The notes beneath the pieces were generated by a model, which worked only from the letters and a program-made list of their open reading frames with translations, was not told the DNA's origin and did not search any database. A stretch of DNA of 32,000 bases from an uncultured Planctomycetota bacterium (GTDB lineage Bacteria > Planctomycetota > Planctomycetia > Isosphaerales > Isosphaeraceae): assembly GCA_963823665.1 (NCBI GenBank), contig CAWGMQ010000006.1, positions 1,790,865 through 1,822,864 on the forward strand. Reading direction: 5' to 3'. Position numbers and translations under genes: made by a program. This document shows positions 23,760-32,000 of this stretch, piece after piece. Position 1 is the stretch's first letter; every line of letters starts with the position of its first letter.

Positions 23760-26308
23760 CAAGCACGAAGTCCGCTTTTTTTACTCGAGCGGCTGATTGT
23801 CTGGTGACGAATACCAACAACCTGTGGGTCGTACATGATGCCAAGGACGGCCGCGTGAGGGGTGCTGGCCTTCATGCCGGGACTGCTGAATGGCTTGATT
23901 CGCGTCCGTTTGGTCGCACCATGCTTGCCGCGTCCCATCGCGACGTTCATCTGTGGCAGATATCAACGGATTCAGAGCTGGTTCTCCGTGGAGGAACCGA
24001 GTCGCAAGCATCGCTCTCGGGGATCGAACCCGCGAGCCGGATGCGGGATATCACCTCATTCTGGACCGGGCTGTGGACGGACGGGCGAATCGCGATTGCA
24101 CTGGCCAAGCGGGCGGGCGAGCGAGCACTGATCCGATTCTCGGATCCGGCGACGGGACGCACTCTGGGAAGGCCCGCCTCGCACTACCCCGGCTGGAAGT
24201 TCGGTAGCTTCGCAGTCAGTCCCGACGGCCGATGCCTCGCGACCGAGAGCCATCAGGACGGTCGCTTCGCGAGCGAGGTGCGACTCTGGGACGCGAGCAC
24301 GGGCCGGTTGCAGTGCCCGCCGATTCCGCAACTCAACTACGTCGCGGCCCTGGCCTTCCAGTCCGACGGCAAGGTGCTGGCCACCGGCGATTTCTACGGA
24401 CTGGTCCGGCTCTGGGATACCTCGACAGGCCGGGAGATCGGGCATCCGCTTTTTCAATGCGAGATCGTGCTCAGCCTGGCGTTCAGCCCGGATGGCCAGA
24501 TGCTCGCGGTGGGGCTTTCCAACGATCATACCGCCAAACCGGGCGTCCGGGTCTGGGACACCGGGACACGCCAACCCGTCGGCGATTTGCTGCCGAGCAC
24601 CCATCCCGTCAACCGGATTGAATTCCGTCCCGATGGTCGAGCCCTGCTCGTGGATGCCGGTCCCACCACGCGGCTCTGGGATCTGCCCCGACGGCAGACG
24701 ATCGGCGAGCCGATCATTGACGAGGTGTCTTGCGGATTCCGTAGGGATGGTGGGGCGTTCCTCACGGTCGGAAGTGACGGCACGGTCAAACTTCGCGACG
24801 CAGCGACGGCGGCGGTTATTTCCAGCCTGCTCTCCAGCACGTCGCCGGCCACCTGCGCGGCGTTTCGCAGTGATGGTGCGCTCGTCGTCGCGGGGTTCGC
24901 GGATGGCAGCGCCCGGCTCTGCGACCCGGCCACATCGCAGCCGGTCGGTCCACCGCGCTTGCTAAGTCACGGCGTTCATCACGTCGCGTTCGCGCCCGAA
25001 GGCCGGACTTTTGCCGCGATCGACGAGTTCGGCGAAGCCCGCACCTGGCCCGTTGCCGAGCCGGTCCAGGATGCCGAGCTCGCCGACTTGACGCTGCGGA
25101 TCGAGGCCCGGACCGGCCTCCGGATGGACACCGGTCAGGCGATCTCGCGGCTCGACGACCGGGCCTGGCGCGACCGGCTCGAGCGGTTAGGGCAACTCGA
25201 TCCCACCGCGTTGCAGCCGGATGACGATTCCGCCTGGTACGAGTTGATGCTCAGTGAGGCCGAGCGGAACGGCCATGCGTTCGCGGCGCTGTGGCATCTC
25301 GACCGCCTGATCGCCGCGCGGCCCGACGATTGGTCCCTCTATGCGCGCCGGAGGCGTGCGCGGTCCTTGTCCGACAACTCCGACAGGTTCGCCAAGGCCG
25401 CCACGGACTACGGGCAGGCGGAGCGGCTGGGCTCCCGCGAGGAGGTCTTGGATTTCCAGACTCAGTGCGTGGTCGACTGCACCGAAGCCGGGCGCTGGGC
25501 CGAGGCCCTCTGGTATCTCGACCGCCTGATCGCCGCGCGGCCCGAGGACGGTTTCCTGCACGAGGACCGCGCGGCGGTCTTCGGCAAACTGGGGCGCGAG
25601 GCCGACCGCCAGGCCGAGCTTGCCCGCGTCTTCGAGCTGGGGGCCGACCAGGGACTGGTCATTCCCCGGGCCGAGGAGCTCGGCAAGGCAGGCCGCTGGG
25701 CCAAGGCCGCGGTCCTGCTGGCGCACTGCGGCCGGACCGGTCCGCTGAGCCGGGAGCTCGCCCAGGCCTGGGTGATCGCCTGTATGAGGGCGGGTGATCG
25801 CGCGGGCTACCGCGAGGCCTGCGCTGCGTTCATCGCCTGCCATCGACCGGAACCGACGGTCTTCTGGAACACCCTGGCCGCGGCTTCGTTCATTGGCCTG
25901 GGGGCGCAGGGCCTGGACGACTACCAGGTGCCAATACACTGGTGCGAAAACCGGCTTGCCGCCGTCCCCGCGCCGGGCAAGCTGGCTCGTCACCTGTTGG
26001 TGAGCGCCCTGGGAGGACTGCTGCTCCGGGCCGGCCGGGAGGATGAGGCGATCGCGCGCCTGAACGAAGGAATCAACCTCGGAGTAATGGAATTCGCCAC
26101 CGACTGGGCCTTCCTGGCAATGGCGCACGCGCGGAAGGGAAGGATCGAACAAGCCCGCCGCTCACTGGAGCGTCTCCGCGCTGCGGCTCCGGATCCGTTG
26201 GGATCTTTCTGGGAATTCCAGGAGCTGGCCCTCCTGCGGAGCGAGGCCGAGTCAATGCTCTTCGATGCCGGGTTTCCGAGTGACCCGTTTCACGGTTCGA
26301 AGCCGTGA
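23426..26308 (+). CDS. WD40 beta-propeller plus TPR-like helical C-terminal region: downstream segment of the copy-4 kinase gene (meaningful from about 23470)
   Basis: [90 protein letters not shown]. Helical repeats follow (ALWHLDRLIAARPDDW..., ALWYLDRLIAARPEDG...). The protein ends FPSDPFHGSKP*. Confidence 0.85.
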   Translation: MVVIATRRGDGPGRGEPIRSSGSAAAAPDGRMVAIRRVENGKAFIDVLDLPSGRRTASWPAAENALSLLLFSPDARSLFVSENKRSVINQNNSFFGQVWDPGKGRPITAPMTSTKSAFFTRAADCLVTNTNNLWVVHDAKDGRVRGAGLHAGTAEWLDSRPFGRTMLAASHRDVHLWQISTDSELVLRGGTESQASLSGIEPASRMRDITSFWTGLWTDGRIAIALAKRAGERALIRFSDPATGRTLGRPASHYPGWKFGSFAVSPDGRCLATESHQDGRFASEVRLWDASTGRLQCPPIPQLNYVAALAFQSDGKVLATGDFYGLVRLWDTSTGREIGHPLFQCEIVLSLAFSPDGQMLAVGLSNDHTAKPGVRVWDTGTRQPVGDLLPSTHPVNRIEFRPDGRALLVDAGPTTRLWDLPRRQTIGEPIIDEVSCGFRRDGGAFLTVGSDGTVKLRDAATAAVISSLLSSTSPATCAAFRSDGALVVAGFADGSARLCDPATSQPVGPPRLLSHGVHHVAFAPEGRTFAAIDEFGEARTWPVAEPVQDAELADLTLRIEARTGLRMDTGQAISRLDDRAWRDRLERLGQLDPTALQPDDDSAWYELMLSEAERNGHAFAALWHLDRLIAARPDDWSLYARRRRARSLSDNSDRFAKAATDYGQAERLGSREEVLDFQTQCVVDCTEAGRWAEALWYLDRLIAARPEDGFLHEDRAAVFGKLGREADRQAELARVFELGADQGLVIPRAEELGKAGRWAKAAVLLAHCGRTGPLSRELAQAWVIACMRAGDRAGYREACAAFIACHRPEPTVFWNTLAAASFIGLGAQGLDDYQVPIHWCENRLAAVPAPGKLARHLLVSALGGLLLRAGREDEAIARLNEGINLGVMEFATDWAFLAMAHARKGRIEQARRSLERLRAAAPDPLGSFWEFQELALLRSEAESMLFDAGFPSDPFHGSKP

Positions 26309-26473
26309 TCCCGGCGGCATTCGTCCGACAAGCGGCTTCCGAACGCGATCTCGATTCGCTCCGAAACTACGCCGATTTCCGGGCGCTCAATGCCCGACCG
26401 GACTGTCCCACGCGATCCATTCGCTCGACCGTGACGACCTCAGTCTCATTTTTGTCTGGGCGCCGCCACTGAT

Positions 26474-27046
26474 TCATCCTTGATTGTCCTCGCGGGGAGC
26501 ATGCCTTGCGGGCGGCCGTTCGGCGCACCTGGACGGGTTTAACGCCGCCGCGGCCATGCGTCGTTCGAGCACGGCGTGAAGACGGCTGACCGTTCGTAGC
26601 AAATCAGCTCGGTCAACTTCACTCAACTCATCGAATACCGTCGTCATTGCCCTGCAATGTTCTCCCCAAACCCGCTCGCCGACCTTGCTCCCTTCAGGAG
26701 TGGTTTCGATCACGGTGGCGCGCCGGTCGGTGCAATGGGCGACGCGCCGGACCAACCCCTCGTGCTCGAGCGCATCGACCAGCTTGGTAATGTTGCGGGC
26801 CGAGACGTCGAGCCTCACGCCCAGTTCGCTCATGATCATCGGCCCTTTGACGTGTAGCATGCCGATCAGCTTGAGCCGAGCGTAGCTAATCGATCCCTTC
26901 TCATACTTTAACTCGAGCCAACGCCTGAATAATGGCATGAGGCGCCCGAAGGCTTCAACGAGGGACTGGGAGTCGGACGTGCGGTCCGAGGAAGACCTTG
27001 ACATTTCAGACTCGACTCTCATAATACTGGACCGGTACAATATCAA
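26474..27046 (-). CDS. MarR-family transcriptional regulator (up to 190 aa; the start may be a downstream Met)
   Basis: Winged-helix core: YARLKLIGMLHVKGPMIMSELGVRLDVSARNITKLVDALEHEGLVRRVAHCTDRRATVIETTPEG. Confidence 0.85.
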   Translation of the reverse strand: MILYRSSIMRVESEMSRSSSDRTSDSQSLVEAFGRLMPLFRRWLELKYEKGSISYARLKLIGMLHVKGPMIMSELGVRLDVSARNITKLVDALEHEGLVRRVAHCTDRRATVIETTPEGSKVGERVWGEHCRAMTTVFDELSEVDRADLLRTVSRLHAVLERRMAAAALNPSRCAERPPARHAPREDNQG

Positions 27047-27318
27047 CTCGGTAAGTAGATCGGTCGATATTATAAACCGGCGACAGGCCCCTGGACAGCA
27101 AAGCCCTCAACCGGCCCCGACAATAAGTCGGGCTCCAGGGCGGAGGCCGACACGGGGCCTGCACAGTAAAAACGAAGGCGACGACATGGATGCGATGCTC
27201 CGGATGCTGTTGGGATCTCACCGTTGGGACGTCGCCCAACGTGAGTATCCGCGCGTTGATCGAGCCGTCGATCGGTCCAGCATCCCAGTCATGCCCAGAA
27301 CAATGAAGGCGCGAGAAA

Positions 27319-27597
27319 ATGGTGCTTTATCTCCTTTGGCTTCTCACACTTTCGGCACCCTTGATTGCTCTGGCGCTAACGGCCGGTTGCACACCCTTAC
27401 AGAGGACGGTTTCCGAAACGCGCTTCGTCGCGACGACCGCCAGCGATGCGACTGCTGCGGCGGCGCCACAAGAGGCCGCAGGGCAGTCTCGGAAGCGCGA
27501 GCACTCACGGGAGATCAAAATCTCGCACAGCGGAATTTGTCGATCATCGAAAGGGAAGGTCCACTCGATGAAGAATCGACCGTGGGCCGACGGGTAG
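27319..27597 (+). CDS. Hypothetical small lipoprotein (92 aa)
   Basis: The N-terminus MVLYLLWLLTLSAPLIALALTAGC has a hydrophobic core plus a lipobox-like LTAGC. There is no recognisable homology, and the ORF sits in the 640-bp MarR/MFS intergenic region. Confidence 0.3.
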   Translation: MVLYLLWLLTLSAPLIALALTAGCTPLQRTVSETRFVATTASDATAAAAPQEAAGQSRKREHSREIKISHSGICRSSKGKVHSMKNRPWADG

Positions 27598-27686
27598 ACC
27601 ACACCGCGTCGCCGTGACCGTTCGGCGGGCGGCGGCCATAAAACAAACGATTGGACCCTGATCGAGACTCTAGGGAAGGATTCTTC

Positions 27687-28670
27687 GTGCCCTCTACAGA
27701 ACTCAGCCGCCGATTGTCGCGTCAAGAACGCTTGATCTTGCTTGTCCTGGCCACAGTGCAGTTCACGTCGATCGTCGACTTCATGGTGATCATGCCGCTG
27801 GCACCTCAGCTCAAGCGGGCGATCGGCCTGACGACGGACCGATTTGCCTTGGTGGTGGCGGCCTACACCATCGCGGCAGGATTGGCCGGTCTCGATTTCG
27901 ACGGTCTTCCTGGACCGGTTCGCGCGGAAACCGACGTACCTGGTGCTTTTCGCCGGGTTTCTGATCGGGACGCTCGCCTGCGGCATCGCTCCCGACTTCG
28001 TCAGCCTGTTGGCGGCCCGGCCACTGACCGGCGCGTTCGGCGGAATCTTGGGTGGCATGGCGATGACGATCATCGGCGATGTCTTCCCCGAGAATCGCCG
28101 TGGAACGGCCACCGGCATCCTGATGGTATCGTTCTCGATCGCCTCGGTCCTCGGAGTACCGATCGGCCTGACGCTCGGGCAGGAGTATGGTTGGCACATC
28201 CCGTTCCTTGTCCTCGCGGCGCTTTGCGTCCCCTTCTTCATCCTGGCAGCTCGGGTGTTGCCCCGACTGGAATGATCACCTCGAGTGTCGTCCCGCGCCT
28301 TCGGGGCGGCTTCATGGGTGCCAACTCGGCCATTCAACATCTCTCCTCGAGCCTCGGGGTCATCGTCGCCGGTTTCATCCTGTTCGAGCCCAAGAATGGG
28401 CCGATCGAGCACTTCCCCGTCGTCGGCCTGATGGCTGCCATCGTCTCGCTCTCGACCTTGTGGCTTGCCGGCCGACTTCGGGTGGAGGGTGTTGCCGCGG
28501 ACGAAGCGGCCGTGGAACCGGTGAAGTCTCAGCTTTCGGTAGCGCACGGACAGGAGGAAGTGCTAAAACCAGCCGTAACAACAAGAGTCGTCTTGTCTCG
28601 GGAGGACCAGGTCGCCGATCTCGGCCCGCACCGGATAGACGGAGCAGGAGGAATCGGCCATGCGCTTTGA
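27687..28670 (+). pseudogene. MFS transporter pseudogene (frameshift plus internal deletion), divergent from the MarR gene
   Basis: Frame A from the GTG at 27687 (preceded by GGAAGGA) reads LILLVLATVQFTSIVDFMVIMPLAP...FALVVAAYTIAAGLAGL. Frame B from about 27893 reads ISTVFLDRFARKPTYLVLFAGFLIGTLACGIA...GWHIPFLVLAALCVPFFILAARVLPRLE* (MFS motif A and TM3-6). The sequence returns to frame A at about 28273 with RLRGGFMGANSAIQHLSSSLGVIVAGFIL...VVGLMAAIVSLSTLWLAG (TM11-12-like). About 4 helices are missing. Confidence 0.75.
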
Positions 28671-30089
28671 TCACATGCACTCTGCGGAATTCCTGGAACT
28701 GTGCTCACAGATTTCCACTGACGCCGATCGAGGATGACGGTTCGTACCGGGCTGCCGATCGGGATCCTCGATCGTCTCTTCGAACTTGATGACCTGCGGA
28801 CTCCGGCCGAGCTGGAGTATTTCCGGACATTCACGCAATTTCGCTGCTGATATGAATGAAATCCGATTCGACGCCCGCCAGCGTTGTTTCCTTCGCCGCA
28901 CGGCGAGCGACGAGCACTGGTCTCCGGCTCGTCTTAACGCCGGCGGTCGGGAGACCATGTCACCGGGACCGAGACCATCCACAAGGCGGCCAGAGGCGGC
29001 CGAAACGGTCGATCCAGCTCGGGCTCGGGATACCAGCGGCGACCGTTGCGATCAGGCGTACCCGGCCAGCGGCGCAACGGCGGTGACCAACACCACTCGG
29101 AGGCTGATGACGATGATTCGCCCGGCGAGCCCAGGAACGCCAGGAAGGCGAAGGGCAGAGAGGCCAGGAAACGTCGCGAGGCCGGGCACAGGCGGCGAAT
29201 GCCAGCTGGCCGATCAGCGAACGCAACGGAGACGCGGCGATTCAGTCGCATGATCGCGAAGGCCGGCAGCAGGAAGAAGAGGAAGCAGAGCTCGATGATC
29301 ATCGAGATGCTGTTGCAGAGTTTAGGGAGTTACCGAAATTGCAGAAATAGTCGACCGGGACCGAGCGGATTCTGAATGCGAGCGAGAAGGGGCGGGCCGG
29401 GCCAACGCGGCCCCAGCACAACGCGATGATGAGGATCATGGCATCGCCCACCCTGAACGGGCGCCGCTGTCTGTGGTCGATGCCGGTGACTGTCGGGTGC
29501 TGCATCGATCGGTCCTTCTCCCCGTTCGTTGTCGGCGTGCGTCGTCTCGCCAGATAAGCCAATGGCCGCTCGCCCAGGGCGTAGGCTGCCACGTGCACTC
29601 AGCTCGGCACCCGAAAGATGTCCGCGACCACGTTTCACCTGCTAGTATCTTTTGCGGCAGGTTGTGTCTGTTGAATGAGTTAGTGAAATATGGATGAAGC
29701 CTTGTTCTTCAGTTGGTGATGACAAGCTTGCCTTTTGTGAAGGCCAACGACTGAATTGCCGAAACCGTCGCCCAGGAAGAGGGAGCCCGTTGCCGCCTAC
29801 CTGTTCGTGTTTTCCATTGCGAGCATTGATCGCTCTGGGTGTATTGCTCCTGGATATCAGATCATCGTGTTCCCGTGGCGTGGACTCGAACGGCTGTGGA
29901 CTCGACACTTGGGCCGGGCGCAACCAGCCGAGGTTTTGTAGGTCCGGCCCTGTTGCGGTTCGGCTCGAAGCGCTCGAAGGATGGAGGTGGTTGATGACCG
30001 TCGATGACAACGGACGACTGTCCGCAACCCGTTCAACCGCCATGCACGAGATGACAAGTGCGGAAGATGCCGAGATCCAGCACTACGGC

Positions 30090-30980
30090 GACTCGAATTT
30101 TCGGATGTCGCGCTGTCACGGCCGATCTCATCGTGGAAGCCGGTGCAGGCCGACCTCGTCCAGCGCCGGCAGCTTCCGGATCGGCTGATCGAGGTGCTTC
30201 CACGTCGGCGAAGACGAGCTCGACACGTATCTTCTGGAAATTGCCCTTACCCCGAAGCACGTGTGCGAGTGAGGTAATGGACGACATCGCATCTTCGTCG
30301 CTGGGCGACATCTACTCCGGAGGTCGTGGTCCTATTCCTCTACCCCAAGGGAAATGTCTTGCCGGCGGAAACCATCAAGTTGAAGAGCCGCCAGGGCTCT
30401 ACGACATCGGATGCGTCATCGCACATCGTCAAGCTGTCGGAAGTGCCGGTTGGCGAGCTTCTGGCGACCGGCGATATGGGTGTAGTCCGTGGGTACGGCT
30501 GGCGAGATTCGGATGGACCGCCTGAGCCGATCATCCGCGAATGCCGAGCTCGCATCGACAAAGTCGGCTCGCGCCGTCGAGAAGGAATATCTACTCGCAG
30601 TGACTGCTCAATTCCTGGCACGCTTTCGGATAATACGGGGCAGATGCTTCGAGATCCTGGGAGGGCGGAAAGGAGTTGATCGAGTCGCCGCTGCTCAAGG
30701 ACTCGAGAAGAATGGACCCGAAGAGGGAGAAGCGCAAAGGGAAGCGCGAAGGGAAACACAAAGGAAAGCACAAAGGGAAGCGCGAAGGGAAGCGGAAGGG
30801 AAGCACGAGAAGGGGAAACGCGAAGGGGAAATCGGATTGCTCATGACGTTCTTGATACAGCAGTTGGCACCCAAGCTCGTCGCTCAAGACGGAGATCACG
30901 GCGATCGCCGATGACGCGCGGTTGAAAGACTTGATCGAGCATGCCGCCACGTGCCGGAGCCTGGCGACGTTTCGCAGAAG
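30090..30980 (+). pseudogene. Multiply frameshifted remnant of an Rpn/YhgA-like PD-(D/E)XK recombination-promoting nuclease / putative transposase (boundaries approximate)
   Basis: The pieces lie in three frames. They are VVVLFLYPKGNVLPAETIKLKS...HIVKLSEVPVGELLATGDMGVV (ORF 30326..30679); a K/E/R/G-rich repeat (30726..30831); GEIGLLMTFLIQQLAPKL (30825..30878); and LKTEITAIADDARLKDLIEHAATCRSLATF (30883..30975). From memory, the order and wording resemble Rpn-family proteins with a DUF4351-type C-terminal module. This was not verified by any search. Confidence 0.4.
30726..30831. repeat. Degenerate 12-nt purine-rich tandem repeat, consensus GGGAAGCRCGAA, 9 units, inside a 118-nt T-free stretch
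   Basis: The units are GGAGAAGCGCAAA, GGGAAGCGCGAA, GGGAAACACAAA, GGAAAGCACAAA, GGGAAGCGCGAA, GGGAAGCGGAA, GGGAAGCACGAGAA, GGGGAAACGCGAA and GGGGAAA. No T occurs on the + strand from 30714 to 30831. Confidence 0.85.
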
Positions 30981-32000
30981 CTCACGTCATGATGCGCCTG
31001 TCGGCTCGGCGGAGATGTCTTCTGAGCGCTCTCAGCTTGTGGCCAAACGTAGGCGTCCCTGTTTCCGTCCCCTGTTTCCCGTCCCATGAAATCAATCACC
31101 GCAACGAATTATCAGAAAACCAAATTTTATCCCGCGGTCGCCGGGGCCGTGCGGAAATCCTCCAAACGACAAATCGTGGCTCACTCCGGTCGAGTTGCTG
31201 TGCGACTCAGCGGATCACGAAAGCGCAGTGCGAGGGTTTGCGGTATCGGACGCATCCCCTATGTGGAGAGCATCTCGTCGGGAACCTCTCCAAGCTCTCC
31301 GTCATCCTGCGGCTTCTTGACTACCACGCCCAAGACTATGCGGATTGAAGACCGTCGCAAACCATATATCATAAATGGGGCGCGCGGTGGTTGAAACGTG
31401 CTCGTGCTTCGTTCTTCGAAAGCAGGTGCACCGGCGCTGAAGGCGTGCGTACGCCCGGCACTACGTGCCGGCGACGCACCGGCTGAAGAAGGCGACGGCG
31501 ATCAAGCTCGTGGCGGCCTGCTCGCGTCGAAGCGTCGTGCAGGATCGCTCTGACCCAAGGGCACCCATCGCGAAGCCGAGGTGGTGAAGAGTCGCGGCGT
31601 GGAGATCGGTGATTGACGATGGCTGCGGTAGGCGTCCGCGAGAAGTTGGACGAGTCCTGTCGTCAGCGAGAAACCAACAACGCGGCCACCCTGGCGAGCG
31701 GCGCATTCGTTTCCATGATTGAAATTCCGGGAGTGTTGGAAGAAAAGGCCGTCCGGACGACATACAAGGACAGCCTTGTACGCGAGGATGAGATTGGACG
31801 CCGGTAAAGGATCATCACAATGTCGATGCTGAGGAATTCGCGGGCGACGCCAGCCTTGCAATGCTGTCTCCACTTCGGCGCAACCGGTGCCCTGGCGAGC
31901 GACCTTGAGCTGCTGCGCACGGTTCCGGCAGGACGACCGCGACGTATCCGAGGCGGCGCCTTGCCGCGCTCGTCGCCCGACATGGCCGGATGGTCCAAGG

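Noticed and set aside
26310-26400. Short out-of-frame segment after the kinase-4 stop reading AAFVRQAASERDLDSLRNYADFRALNARPD
   Set aside because: It resembles the usual C-terminal wording of planctomycete TPR/kinase proteins. However, it is only about 30 codons with no start, and kinase 4 already ends with its typical FPSDPF tail. It is treated as a tiny orphan remnant.
28934-29505. Pair of small minus-strand ORFs with an ATGA overlap and a GAAGGA upstream of the first (MQHPTVTGIDHRQRRPFRVGDAMILIIALCWG...; MIIELCFLFFLLPAFAIM...)
   Set aside because: They are hydrophobic and GC3-rich for about 65 codons, but have no homology I recognise. Adjacent frames also give TM-like strings (RIIVISLRVVLVTAVAPLAGYA). 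The pieces are more likely fragments of one frameshifted membrane-protein pseudogene than two real genes.
30714-30831. Purine repeat with many GGA motifs considered as a CsrA/RsmE-sponge small RNA
   Set aside because: The GGA motifs are not presented in hairpin loops, because there are no complementary pyrimidines within 118 nt. The flanks translate into recognisable protein segments of an Rpn-like gene, so a coding-repeat origin explains it better.
31150-31500. Possible tyrosine-recombinase remnant on the + strand (GLRYRTHPLCGEHLVGNLSKLSVILRLLDYH; RAYARHYVPATHRLKKATAIKL)
   Set aside because: It shows only loose resemblance to the HxLRH...LLGH...Y box and needs several frame changes. No catalytic Arg box was found upstream. 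It also conflicts with the minus-strand reading below.
31461-32000. Possible DUF1501-type (sulfatase-like) gene end on the minus strand (ARQGGRVVGFSLTTG; SITDLHAATLHHLGF), running off the right edge
   Set aside because: The two short motif matches lie in different frames and the rest is unconvincing. Without a search I cannot tell this from chance, so it is left unannotated.

Overview
The window is high-GC DNA that looks planctomycete (Gemmataceae-like); that taxon call is inference from protein motifs only. It splits into two parts.

(1) 1-26.3 kb is built from four paralogous ECF-sigma / Ser-Thr-kinase (TM + WD40) cassettes in different states of decay:
- Copy 1 is a sigma stub with an in-frame deletion.
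- Copy 2 has an intact sigma plus a kinase split by a +1 frameshift.
- Copy 3 has an intact sigma, but the middle of its kinase is replaced by a low-GC methyltransferase islet.
- Copy 4 has an intact sigma plus a 1692-codon kinase split by a -1 frameshift.

The divergently transcribed neighbours (a giant beta-helix/IPT surface protein and a TPR-sulfotransferase) are also duplicated. The second copy is collapsed into a chimeric remnant.

Every sigma copy carries a conserved leader. Its two arms differ between copies but remain complementary, which makes it a candidate new cis-regulatory RNA or operator.

The largest gene (minus strand, 1..3473, running off the left edge) is absent from the supplied ORF track. 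It contains a near-identical 258/516-bp coding tandem array.

Single-copy genes in this part are a PEP-CTERM protein and an unusual fusion of a class-III aminotransferase with an acyl-ACP-reductase-like domain.

(2) 26.3-32 kb is lower in GC and mostly broken genes. It holds a MarR regulator, a divergent MFS transporter pseudogene and a multiply frameshifted Rpn/YhgA-like nuclease/transposase remnant with a T-free purine repeat. Stretches at 28.7-30.0 kb and 31.1-32.0 kb could not be resolved.

No rRNA, tRNA or CRISPR array was recognised. All calls come from hand translation and memory of protein families. Frameshift positions are approximate, and no database search was possible.
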